In this document: piece after piece, positions 11,342-21,800 of the stretch | Numbering within the stretch: position 1 is the stretch's first letter | Layout: the number at the start of each line of letters is the position of its first letter | From: Cyanophora paradoxa CCMP329 | Taxonomy: Eukaryota; Plantae; Glaucophyta | Assembly: GCA_004431415.1 (NCBI GenBank) | Contig: QPMI01000461.1 | Coordinates: 20,364-84,363, forward strand | DNA length: 64,000 nucleotides | Direction of reading: 5' to 3' | Position numbers and translations under genes: made by a program | Notes under the pieces: generated by a model | Seen by the model: the letters and a program-made list of their open reading frames with translations, nothing else | What the model was told of the DNA's origin: nothing | Database searches by the model: none

Positions 11342-12352
11342 ATGCCCGTGGAATATGTTGAAGTGTCTTCTTTTAAACAGATCGATAACCTCGATGCTCC
11401 GACTTCGCGATTCATTGCCGATCTCCCAAAAACATTTGAGAGTGTAAGAGCGGTTCGCCTTGTTTCGGCTGAATTTTATAACTCCATTCCAATCATTAGC
11501 GGTGATTCGGTCACTGGTGATGCAACGGTAGAGGATGCCTTTACAATCAATTATAGTATTGCAAACGCAAACGTTAATTCTACAAAAGCGCCTGCTCCTG
11601 GGTTTGACGAGTGGTTAAGTATTCGACCCGGTATAGGTCTGGGTTTGGAAGTTATCAATACTCACCAAGAACTGGCTGATAGAATAACCTACCTTTTTAC
11701 GAGACAAACACCAAACCCCGGAATTGTTTGTAAATGGGACCCTGCAAATAAGCGGTTTGTATTCTACGCTCCGCATGAATTCTATATTGCTTTTGTGATA
11801 GATAGAGACCCAAAGGTTTCCGGTGCCGAAGCTGGTAACCGTCGCGCTCGTGTTTTAGGTCTTGATGCCGGACGTAGAGGAAACCGATATATCAAATCGA
11901 GTGTTTACACTGCTCAAACAGATCCCGTATTTACCGGTGCAAATGTACATGGGATCATTTCAACTTTCCCAACTGAAACTTGTAAGGATAATGTAATATT
12001 TGTGAGAGTAAAAGAACTCGGTGACCTCGTCCAATGCGCTGATGGTCTTCTCACTGGATATTTTCACAAGTTGTCCGTTCAAGATAAAAATTTCGCTGAA
12101 CACATAATTTATAATTCAACAGAAGCAAACCCGCTGTATAAATACTTCAATAATAAAATGTCACTATCACAATTAACCGTAGACATTGTAAACGCTCAGA
12201 ATCAATTAATAGATTTCGAAGGGCAACCTGTGCATCTAACATTCGAGATCCGCTATGGCGATGAACCCGCCGGTGATCCCATTTATGAATATTTCAAAAT
12301 GAGAATGAGAGAAACCCACCCCTTCTATCCAAATATTGCCGGATTCGCGTAA
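11342..12352 (+). CDS. Minor capsid (penton) protein 2
   Basis: LPKTFESVRAVRLVSAEFYNS and LSQLTVDIVNAQNQLIDFEGQPVHLTFEI motifs; next to the MCP. Confidence 0.85.
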   Translation: MPVEYVEVSSFKQIDNLDAPTSRFIADLPKTFESVRAVRLVSAEFYNSIPIISGDSVTGDATVEDAFTINYSIANANVNSTKAPAPGFDEWLSIRPGIGLGLEVINTHQELADRITYLFTRQTPNPGIVCKWDPANKRFVFYAPHEFYIAFVIDRDPKVSGAEAGNRRARVLGLDAGRRGNRYIKSSVYTAQTDPVFTGANVHGIISTFPTETCKDNVIFVRVKELGDLVQCADGLLTGYFHKLSVQDKNFAEHIIYNSTEANPLYKYFNNKMSLSQLTVDIVNAQNQLIDFEGQPVHLTFEIRYGDEPAGDPIYEYFKMRMRETHPFYPNIAGFA

Positions 12353-12404
12353 ATTAAGGATCATTCACAGAATTTTTATATTTCTCTATTGTAAAAGAGA
12401 AATC

Positions 12405-13802
12405 ATGGATGTCACCACAACTCTTCAACGTCTTTCCCTCAAAGAGGCGCTAACCACGCCCGAAGAGGCAAAGGCGTTTTTCCTCGATAACTCGCTCATG
12501 CTCGGTCTGGAAGCGAAGACGAAACCCGTTCTCGTAACCGTTAGTCCATCAACAACCTACGATAACAACGTTGGTCAACGCGTTTCTTTCAAACTTCCCC
12601 GCTACAATTTCATCGGTAAAATCGAACTCGCTTTTGATCTTCCCGAACTAACCGCTTTCGAAGGCGATACTGATCTTGTGCGAAACGGTTACACTCGCCC
12701 CGTGGGTTCGCTTGTACAACGCCTTGAAATCTCTTACGGTTCTTACACTTTCCACGTCCCGTCAGATTTCCTGGCGATTTTCCCACTGGTCTACTATTCA
12801 GAGGATCAGTTGGCGAAAAAGAAGCGTTCTATGGGAATGCTCCACGGTATTCCCGCTCACGGAACCAATCGTAAAGGTGGCGCTTTCTTTGTTGAGATCC
12901 CGGTACCGTGGTTAAACAGTTACCTACCACTCGGTGCGCTTTCTGGTGAGATGGTTGTAACTGTTTGGTTCAAAGAAGCCAATAAGGGATACCTTGAAAC
13001 TTCTTACGGTGGTCGCGCTCTTCCGGTTGTTGGTGCTGCTGCGGATCAAACCGAAAATGATGGTCTCGGCTCAGCTACTGGTGTAACTCTTGCTAATGTT
13101 GGTCAAAACATCACCACTGGTACTATTACTGGGTTCGAAGTTGCCGGAACTGTTCCACCAATGACCCATTACATCTCCATTAAGTCTCCTCGTCTTTACA
13201 TGCATGCTATCAATGTTTCCGATGAACTGTTCGCTACGGTTATTGAGAAGGTCAAGACAACCGGTATGGCGATTCCATCACTCGAGATTGGTTTCGTCGA
13301 TGTCACCGGTCTTGCTGCGAAAGGTAACACTCAACCCAACCGAATTAACCTTAGCCAAATCTCCGGTCTGGTTTATGCTCTTCTTGTCTCTGTCCGTGAT
13401 GATGGAGGTATCGATTCTTCTAACGGTTCTCACAGCGTCCTTAAAACGCTTGCGAATGAGAAGAATATCACGATGACTTGTGAGATCAACGGACAGCGTC
13501 TTTATTCCACGGAGCCAATCCCGCTACTCAAAGGTGCGGAACTCATCGCCGATGCCTTCAAATGCTCGAACATGGACAAAGAAGCAAACCGTTACGTTCT
13601 TACAGGTCTACCTTTCTGCGCTGACGGTGAGAAGGCGATTCGCAATATCGCACAGAGTGGATATGTTGACCTTACGAACTCGTCGTCATCGTTCCTAACT
13701 CTGTATCTCCCTGCCGATCGCACAATTACTGTTAACGTTCGCGCTCTCATGCACAGTTTCATAATTTGTGACCGCGATGGAATTCGTAGAATTAATATGT
13801 AA
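12405..13802 (+). CDS. Major capsid protein (double jelly roll)
   Basis: 465 aa, beta-rich; VSFKLPR..IELAFDLPEL, LVQRLEISYG and FFVEIPVPW..YLPLGAL..VVTVWF resemble NCLDV-type Capsid_N patterns; lies between penton and ATPase. Confidence 0.85.
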   Translation: MDVTTTLQRLSLKEALTTPEEAKAFFLDNSLMLGLEAKTKPVLVTVSPSTTYDNNVGQRVSFKLPRYNFIGKIELAFDLPELTAFEGDTDLVRNGYTRPVGSLVQRLEISYGSYTFHVPSDFLAIFPLVYYSEDQLAKKKRSMGMLHGIPAHGTNRKGGAFFVEIPVPWLNSYLPLGALSGEMVVTVWFKEANKGYLETSYGGRALPVVGAAADQTENDGLGSATGVTLANVGQNITTGTITGFEVAGTVPPMTHYISIKSPRLYMHAINVSDELFATVIEKVKTTGMAIPSLEIGFVDVTGLAAKGNTQPNRINLSQISGLVYALLVSVRDDGGIDSSNGSHSVLKTLANEKNITMTCEINGQRLYSTEPIPLLKGAELIADAFKCSNMDKEANRYVLTGLPFCADGEKAIRNIAQSGYVDLTNSSSSFLTLYLPADRTITVNVRALMHSFIICDRDGIRRINM

Positions 13803-13862
13803 ACCATTATTAGTAAGATATCGTTATTTTTATCTATCTTTATTAAGAAGATCTACAACACC

Positions 13863-14645
13863 ATGGATGATGTCCCCGAATTTAACGCTGGGGAAATGAT
13901 AAAACCACCTTTTCGCGTCCTCGCAATCGGAAAATCAGCTACGGGCAAGTCAGAAGCGGTAAAGTATTGGTTAAAGCAACTTCACGATGCAAAAAAGATA
14001 GATGTGGTTCTCGTTGTAAGTGGGACATCATTCAATCATTTTTGGAGAGAAGTTGCAACGTTGGAACTCGGTAAATGGGATGCGCCTTACATCGCTAAAC
14101 TTCTCGATGAAAGACAAGAGAAAATAGAGAAAGGAGAACCCGTTAACCAATTGTGTGTAGTTCTCGATGATCTTATAGATAATGAGATAGTCGATCTAAC
14201 CCGCGACAAAATAATTGGCTCTCTTTACAGTCGTGGGCGCCATTCGAAAATTTCGATTATTTGCATAACTCAGAAACTGCGTAAGGTTTCTTCAACCATT
14301 CGCGTTAATTCGGATTATGCGATGTTTCTTAGCGCCGCCAATCGCAAAGAACTGGAAGCGATTGAAGAAGAATACAATATTATGCGGGATAAAGACGCTT
14401 TCTATAAGATGTTTGAGGAGTATGTACATTCCTATCAGTTTCTCATTTGGTCATCCGCTGATTATTCGGTAAAGTATTATGTAGATAAAGCGGAACTGGT
14501 TAAAAACTTTGGATTCCCACGGTTTCATCGGAAGCCCAAAAAGAAAGAAGATGAATTACAACCGCCACAGAAAGAAGAAGCGCCAAAAGAGATTAAAAGC
14601 GCTGTTCATACTAATAAGTTGATGCGATATAAGAGTGGACTTTAA
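13863..14645 (+). CDS. A32-like (FtsK/HerA) genome packaging ATPase
   Basis: Walker A GKSATGKS, Walker B VVLDD, SRGRHSKISIICITQK, IRVNSDY. Confidence 0.95.
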   Translation: MDDVPEFNAGEMIKPPFRVLAIGKSATGKSEAVKYWLKQLHDAKKIDVVLVVSGTSFNHFWREVATLELGKWDAPYIAKLLDERQEKIEKGEPVNQLCVVLDDLIDNEIVDLTRDKIIGSLYSRGRHSKISIICITQKLRKVSSTIRVNSDYAMFLSAANRKELEAIEEEYNIMRDKDAFYKMFEEYVHSYQFLIWSSADYSVKYYVDKAELVKNFGFPRFHRKPKKKEDELQPPQKEEAPKEIKSAVHTNKLMRYKSGL

Positions 14646-14673
14646 AATTATCTTCATTATTATTAAAGATACA

Positions 14674-15405
14674 ATGCCGCCGAAACGTAGAGGTGTTCCC
14701 GCCGGTGCTATTTCATATTCTGGCGGTGAAAGTTATGGATCTCTCAATACTACACCAATGAAATTTGACGGAGTCAATCAAGTAAAAGCAACTCAACAAG
14801 AAGAAGACCCTTTAAATGCCGCTTATGAAGAAGCGCCCGGCGATAAAGCGCCTCAAACATCACAAAGTGATCAGTTGAACATCTCCCCCGAAGTCTCGAA
14901 GATGAAGGCGGTCGGTGAAGGTGCGCGTCGGATTATCGGTGCTGCCGATGATCGTGAACTTGGTCTACAAGATCTTGCACTTGCCCGCAAAGGTCAAGGT
15001 GTTTCGAAAGAATCGGACAAAGTTATTCAATCGATGGCGGGTGAAGTTACTTACAAGGTTGCGCCAACTCAAAACATCCACCGAATCCCGAAGGCTCAAT
15101 GGGACGAGATGACCGCTAAACTAAAAGACCTTGAAGCAAAGTCAAGCGCGCTTGAACAGTATGTAACAGAGAAGAAAGAACGCGCTAAAATTAAGGAGAT
15201 GCTGCGTAAAGAAGTTTTCCGAATGGGAATTACTGGTGTTCCCGATAAACAATTTATTGGTAAGAAAGAGACACAAATAGATGAGCAAGCGGTAGATGAA
15301 ATGAAGACAAAGACACAAAAGGGAACCATTGAACCTGGCGCTACAAAAGCGGAAGTAGAGAAAGCCGTAGCACCAACAGTATACAAGCGGAGAGTTTGGT
15401 TATAA
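14674..15405 (+). CDS. Viral hypothetical protein (basic N-terminus, coiled coil; possible core protein)
   Basis: ORF starting MPPKRRG after an AT-rich leader. Confidence 0.65.
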   Translation: MPPKRRGVPAGAISYSGGESYGSLNTTPMKFDGVNQVKATQQEEDPLNAAYEEAPGDKAPQTSQSDQLNISPEVSKMKAVGEGARRIIGAADDRELGLQDLALARKGQGVSKESDKVIQSMAGEVTYKVAPTQNIHRIPKAQWDEMTAKLKDLEAKSSALEQYVTEKKERAKIKEMLRKEVFRMGITGVPDKQFIGKKETQIDEQAVDEMKTKTQKGTIEPGATKAEVEKAVAPTVYKRRVWL

Positions 15406-15431
15406 ATATATATCTTTTAAAGAGGAAATCA

Positions 15432-15680
15432 ATGGACTTTTTACAAAAGATCATAGAGATGTTTAATCTCCATGTGGTAAGCAACTGTCACAGTGGATGC
15501 TGTGATACAACCGTTGAGCTTGGTTTTTCAGATACCGAAGATAATGTGACGGAAGGTAGAGGATCCCGGAGACATTCGGTAGACTCCACCCATTCAGAAC
15601 CGGCTTCAAATGGTCGCCGGTTTTCCGTAGATCAAAGCGATGATTTACGAAGACAAGCGTTTGAACATCGCGGTAATTAA
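15432..15680 (+). CDS. Small viral hypothetical protein (SNCHSGCC motif)
   Basis: 82-aa ORF in the gene-dense array. Confidence 0.55.
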   Translation: MDFLQKIIEMFNLHVVSNCHSGCCDTTVELGFSDTEDNVTEGRGSRRHSVDSTHSEPASNGRRFSVDQSDDLRRQAFEHRGN

Positions 15681-15802
15681 AATATTTGTAATAAGTATCG
15701 GAAAATGCTCGAAGAAGTCTATAATATTATCTTAGCGAAACATCAGATTTATGCCGTTAAATCTGCAATTGAAGAACGTAGACGGGAGCTTGTCCGGTCG
15801 CC

Positions 15803-15811
15803 AAAAATTGA
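15803..15811 (+). promoter_or_regulatory. Mimiviridae-type early promoter motif AAAAATTGA
   Basis: Exact 9-mer about 70 nt upstream of the primase-helicase ATG at 15883. Confidence 0.6.
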
Positions 15812-15882
15812 CAACCCAAAAAGGATTTAAAGGTACTGCGATATTACACACTGATAAAATATTTTCTCTGCTTAAAATAAGG

Positions 15883-18597
15883 ATGGCTGCGTTTGCCGAT
15901 GATGTTAGCGTTGTTGAACTTGAATTTGATAGCGACGAATCCATGGATTCTCCCACTGCGAAAAATGTAACAAGCGCTGATGGTATCAGTTATAGAATCC
16001 GTAAAATCATTGCTCAACGCAATAGATATAATGAGGATGCCGAATATCGCGAACTGAAAAAGAAGAAGGTATTAGAAGCGTATTACCGTCGTAAAGCGGA
16101 GGAGGGAACCAATATGGGAAAGCGTGGAAGACCGCGCAAGTATCAAGTAACTCGGGTTTATCTTGATCTTGATAGGTTCGTGGATTTGAAGCCAAATCTT
16201 GAAGACAACTACAAGGAAGCCGAAGAAATCGTTAGAGAGATGCGTGAGAAATTACATGATCTGACCGGCGCTACTATTGCTGTATCTGTTCGTCATCGTC
16301 GTGTTCACCTTCTAAAAGAAGATGTTGACAAATTTAAGGTCTCTGCCCATTTCGTTTTCACTGATCTCTGTTGTCGCCATGAAGATATCCCGAAACTCTT
16401 TAATGAAATGGGGCTTGTCAAAAATGTAGATTTCGACAGTGGTGTTTATAGTACAGGTCAGAATCTTGTGTGTCTTGGTTGTTGCAAGGGAATAGATATA
16501 GATTTGGAGAACAAGAGGGCGCGCGATATTGATAAGAACGTTCTATTTACTAAGTTCGTGGATTGCAAGAATATGCATGATAGCGATTTCTTCGTTCAAT
16601 TTACCGATTGCCCCACATTGCTGGTAGACGAGACAAACTTTCACGTCTTCTCAGTGAACAAAACAGAGAAGAAGGAAGCGGAGCCGAAGAAGGAAGCCGA
16701 ACCAAAGAAGGAAGCGAAGCCGAAGAAGGAAACCAAGAAAACCACTAAAAAGGAAGCCAAGAAAGAAGAGGTGGAAGAGGTGGAAGAGGAAGAGAAAGGT
16801 GGAGAAATTACATTTGATCTTATGTACGCTGTTGTAATGGGTCTGAATGCTGAACGTGCGGATACTTATAAATCCTGGATTGATACAGGCATTGCAATCA
16901 TCAATGCTTGTGAAGACAACAAGATACCACGCAAGCAACAATTCGAAATATTCCATGACTTCTCACAAAAAAGTGAAAAGTTTGATTACGACGAATGCAA
17001 TGACAAGTTTATGAGTCTTTGCAAAGGCAAGAAGATGGTAGAAGGCAAACGGCTAACGTACGGTTCGCTGGTCTATTGGTTGAAAAAGGATGATATCGAA
17101 CTTTATAATGAGTTGTTTCCCACCAAGTATGCATTCTTGCCCGAAGATTCCGACGACATCGATTATAAAACCGCAAAGATCCCACCAATCGTTGAGGATT
17201 ACGCTACGCATCGTCTGTATTTCAATGCAAGGATGCACCACATTGAAATGCTGGGTATTGTGATGCATTGGGATGAACAACAGCTTGCGTGGATCCCGAA
17301 AGATAGCCAAAAACTCGGCTCCAAACACTATCCCCACCTGATGCATAAAATCGTTCTGAACAAGGGAACCGATAAAGAAGTTGAGAAATGGATCCCCTCA
17401 TTTCCGGAATGGATCAAAGACCCACAGGCGACACGTTCCATGTACGTGGATTTCCTCCCGCCTCCGGCTAAACTGAGCGCCAAATGCAAATCTGTGTTTA
17501 ATCTGTATCCTGGCTTTAAGATTGATCATGAGGTAGATGAAATCAAGGAAACACTACCGGAAGATGTGACCGAAGATATGATTAAGCCGTTTCTCACACA
17601 TCTTCACCTGATGTCGGGAGAAGACGATAACACATACCAATACCTTCTTAAATGGTTCGCACACATGATGCAAAAACCTGGTGAACTTAACGGAGTGTCA
17701 ATTATCCTAATTGGTGAACAAGGCACCGGTAAAAACGTGTTGTTTGATCTGTTCGAGAAAAGCATTCTGGGTGATGCTCTTTCATATTCGACCGGCAAAC
17801 CGAAAGATGACCTGTTTGGGCGCTTTGCTCACAATCGCGAAGACAAGATCTTAATAGTTGTTAATGAGGCATCGGGTAAAGACACATTCGAAAATAGCGA
17901 TATTCTTAAAGACCTTGTCACTACTAAAAAAATTACTATTGAACACAAGGGAATAGATTCATACGACAAAAAGAATTTCGCGCGTATTGTGTTTACAAGT
18001 AACAACAGTGTCCCTGTGAAGATCGAAGCGGGTGACCGTCGATTTGTTGTAGTGGAAGTGAGTAAACGATACTGTAAGAATGTGGAGTACTTCACACCTC
18101 TTCTGAAATGGCTGAATGACATAAGGAATATCCGCAACATCACCCACTTCTTGCGCACAAAGGTGGATTGTGATAATATTAACTGGCAGGAAGAAAGACC
18201 CAAGACCAATAAGTATTATCTGGTTCAGCAAATCTCCGCACCTATCATTCTCATGTTTGCAAAGTGGTTAATGGATAGTGGGGAGATTACCGAAATCAAG
18301 TGTAAGTTAAGCGGTCTTGCTTCTACATGGGAGTTATTCAAGACCTTCATTACGGAAAATAAATATAAGAACGACTACAACAGTAAGCGGTTCTATACGG
18401 AGATGCGAGGCACTTCATACATTCTTGTGAAAACCGCAAATGGTAAACCATACTACCATTTCATCTGGAACGAAATGCTGGCGGAATTCCGTAAGTTGAA
18501 GCTAATTGATGATGATTCGATTAAGGAAGAACCTAACCCCAAGATTCCCGCCAAGAAAGCTGGGACGAAATTCGAAGATTCCGACGTTGAAGCGTAA
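15883..18597 (+). CDS. Primase-helicase: AT-hook + AEP-like + PriCT-2 + SF3 (D5-like) helicase
   Basis: KRGRPRK; VYLDLD, SAHFVF, FDSGVYS; ERADTYKSWIDTGIAI; Walker A GEQGTGKN, Walker B VVNEA, VFTSNN, GDRRF. Confidence 0.9.
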   Translation: MAAFADDVSVVELEFDSDESMDSPTAKNVTSADGISYRIRKIIAQRNRYNEDAEYRELKKKKVLEAYYRRKAEEGTNMGKRGRPRKYQVTRVYLDLDRFVDLKPNLEDNYKEAEEIVREMREKLHDLTGATIAVSVRHRRVHLLKEDVDKFKVSAHFVFTDLCCRHEDIPKLFNEMGLVKNVDFDSGVYSTGQNLVCLGCCKGIDIDLENKRARDIDKNVLFTKFVDCKNMHDSDFFVQFTDCPTLLVDETNFHVFSVNKTEKKEAEPKKEAEPKKEAKPKKETKKTTKKEAKKEEVEEVEEEEKGGEITFDLMYAVVMGLNAERADTYKSWIDTGIAIINACEDNKIPRKQQFEIFHDFSQKSEKFDYDECNDKFMSLCKGKKMVEGKRLTYGSLVYWLKKDDIELYNELFPTKYAFLPEDSDDIDYKTAKIPPIVEDYATHRLYFNARMHHIEMLGIVMHWDEQQLAWIPKDSQKLGSKHYPHLMHKIVLNKGTDKEVEKWIPSFPEWIKDPQATRSMYVDFLPPPAKLSAKCKSVFNLYPGFKIDHEVDEIKETLPEDVTEDMIKPFLTHLHLMSGEDDNTYQYLLKWFAHMMQKPGELNGVSIILIGEQGTGKNVLFDLFEKSILGDALSYSTGKPKDDLFGRFAHNREDKILIVVNEASGKDTFENSDILKDLVTTKKITIEHKGIDSYDKKNFARIVFTSNNSVPVKIEAGDRRFVVVEVSKRYCKNVEYFTPLLKWLNDIRNIRNITHFLRTKVDCDNINWQEERPKTNKYYLVQQISAPIILMFAKWLMDSGEITEIKCKLSGLASTWELFKTFITENKYKNDYNSKRFYTEMRGTSYILVKTANGKPYYHFIWNEMLAEFRKLKLIDDDSIKEEPNPKIPAKKAGTKFEDSDVEA

Positions 18598-18603
18598 CAA
18601 ATC

Positions 18604-18832
18604 ACACCCCACCCTACACCCCACCCTACACCACACCACACATAACCTCCTTGCATTTTCTTATTTTTATAAACTATTTTATAGATTGATTTGTATGTGA
18701 ATATAGTAAATAATAGAGAAGGTGGGGGGGTGGGGTGTGGTGGGGTCAAATTTTAAGAAAAGTTGGGGACGCTCAAAATTCTAAGGAATTTCAAAAATAT
18801 GCCCCACCTGACCCCACCCGCCCACCCTATCG
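18604..18832. repeat. Internal diverged copy of the TIR G-tract module (origin-like)
   Basis: CACCCCACCCTACACCCCACC..GGTGGGGTGTGGTGGGGTCAAATTT..ATGCCCCACC.GACCCCACC is colinear with 35317-35543. Confidence 0.9.
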
Positions 18833-18876
18833 AACGCGTTGAATATCCAAAATAAAAATGTTCCTTTATAATAAAG

Positions 18877-21800
18877 ATGCCCCGCCAAACTAATCGACTC
18901 ATCAAAGAAAAGAAAAATGAAATTATCGGATTGTTAGGAACTCTCTTAGTAACCGGTGAGATTACCGAAGCGGAATTCGATAGAGAAGCCGCCATTTTAG
19001 ATAGAAGACCACGATTAGGTCAACTCACAGAAATAGCAAATGATCTTTATGATCGTATGCAGAGAATGGAGGAATTTATGGGTGAAGGACAAAGATTAGG
19101 AGCAATTGACCCGGACATTGAAGATGGACAAGCAATGAATCAAGCGTATTCATGGTTAACTTATCGCGCCCGAAACGAAGTAGTTGTAGATGCTATCGAT
19201 TTTCTTGAAAGAATCGCACCAAGTCTACCGCAACGCATTAAAACCCGCTTAGATCAACTAAGAGCGGTTAAGGTTCGTCTAACTTTCGTTTGTAGATTTA
19301 CCAAAGTTGCAAATCCTCGAATCTTTATAACGAAATTCATACATAGCGATTATTTTGTAATCACTAAATCCCGTAACATTAACACCGAAGTCCGTAAAGC
19401 ATTACAGAAAATGCAAGAAGAAATGATCCAAGTAGATAGTTACCGTTTACAACGCATCGAAATACTTAGAGGTGTCATTATGTCATATGCGCCGGTTGGC
19501 GGTTGTTATTTCGCAACTCCCGAATGGATCGCATCTAAAAAAGCTACAGTAAACGTAAAAAATATCGATGGACAAGATTGTTTTAAATATGCTATTTTGG
19601 CTTACCTACATCGAAAGGATATAAACAAACACAAGAGTAATGAACCTTATCAATATCGCAGATGGTTAAACGAACTCAATTTTGACGGTATTCAGTTCCC
19701 GGTAGCATGTGATGCTGAGGTAATCGATCGTTTCGAAGAATTGAACCCGGAACTCTCTATTAATATTTACGGTGCTGATAATGAGAAACAGTGTTTTTAT
19801 CCTCTTCATCAATCAAGTAACCCAAGACGAAAGACCAAGATTAACCTTTTACTCATCGAAAACACCGAAGACGATAGGGGACACTACATTACAATCATGT
19901 CATTTAGTCGTCTTTTAAAGACCACTTTCGATAAAGCATGTGATGGGCGCATTTACTATTGTGAAACCTGTCTATCGCGTTTCAGAACTCAGGAGAAATT
20001 AGACCTACATATAGAAGCAAACCGCTGTATCGATTGGAGGGAGAGCAAAGGCAAATGTCCGAAGCCCGGAAGTACAATAGAATTCGGTCTACAACATCTA
20101 CGTAAAACGGTCTGGCTCCCTGTGATCTGTTATGTTAAAATTGAAGATCATTCGGTAGCAATAGATGCACTGAGAAGTAAAAGAGAGATTAAAGCAGTCT
20201 CACTGAGAGTGATTATGGGTGAAGAAATGAAACTATACCATTTTGAAGGAAATGATCCACTCAGTTCTTTATTTGCAACTCTACAAGAGATCAGACCCGA
20301 AGTAATTGAAACGCTTTTTAGAAATATCCCAATGCATCCACTCACAGAAGATCAAAAGGCGGAATACAAGATAACAAAACACTGTTATATTTGTTCTCAG
20401 AGATTCACCCACGAAAACTTCCCGGTTCGCGATCATTGTCACCAATCTGGTGATTTTATCGGCAAAGCATGCCGAAACTGTAACCTTCACCGCCGAATCT
20501 CAAAACAAAGCAAAGTAGCTATCGTGGTTGATAAAATGGATGAATGTGGACACGGGATATTCCGCAAGATCGCACAACAAGACGATAAACTACGTGTGGA
20601 AATTTTAAGCAAGAACTTTAATCAATACCTATCCCTTCAATGGGGTATGTGGAAATTCATAGATGCATCACATTTTATGGATTTCCAAAGTGAGAATGTC
20701 GATGATCTTATGTCTAAATTCGAGAATTTCCGTAAACTTGCATATTCTCAATATGGATTAGATCCCGCACATTACGTTAGCGCACCTGGTTTATCCTGGG
20801 ACGCAATGCTTAGACACACAAAAGTAAAGATTGAACTTATCGATGATGTAGAGAAATACGAATTTATTGAGAAAGCCATTCGCGGTGGATTTGCAACCAT
20901 GCCCACACGATATGCAAAGGTAGAAGAACCCGATGATCACATAGTATTGTTGGACGCGAATAATCTTTACGGTTATGCACTTAGCCAACCACTACCGATT
21001 GGAGATTATCGATGGGAAGAGATCACAGAGGCACTTAAAGAGGTTGAAGGGCGAAGCGCATTTATTGAAGTTGATCTTGAATACCCGACATTCCTTGAAG
21101 ATCATTATGATTTCCCACTCATTGTGAATAAAGAATTGATTACCAAAGATATGCTCGGAGATTATCAACGAAAACTATTAGATTTGACGGGCGAAAAGAT
21201 TAGCAAAGACCCCAAACTCACAGCGTCTTTTACACCTAAATATAAGTACGTGATTGCTCGACCTCTTCTTAACTACATCGTCGAAAAAGGTGTAATAATT
21301 ACTAAGATACATAAAGTTCTCTCATTTGCAACCTCACCATTCATGAAATCTTATATTGGTCTTAATACTCTACTACGCCACGAATCAACTAACAATTTCG
21401 AAAGTGACTTTTTCAAACTAATGAACAATGCAATTTATGGGAAATGTTTGGAATCTTGTAGGGGTCGCTCAACTGTCAAGATCGCTAACAGCGAGAAATT
21501 GTGTAAGAAATACGCAGCAAGTCCGCTTATCAAGGCAACAAATGTAATAAACGAAAATGCGGTTGCCTTTGAGATGTATTCGAAGCATGTAAACTTAGAT
21601 AAACCCGTAGCAATTGGCGCTTTCGTTTTGGATTTCGCGAAACTACATAATTATCAATTCTTCTATGATGTGATCAGGAAGAAATGGGATTCAGCTAAAC
21701 TACTATTTCATGATACCGATTCGTTTTGTTTGTTCCTAAAAACCAAGAATCTCAATGAAGATATGAAAGCAATAGGTGAACATCTCGATAGAAGTAACTA

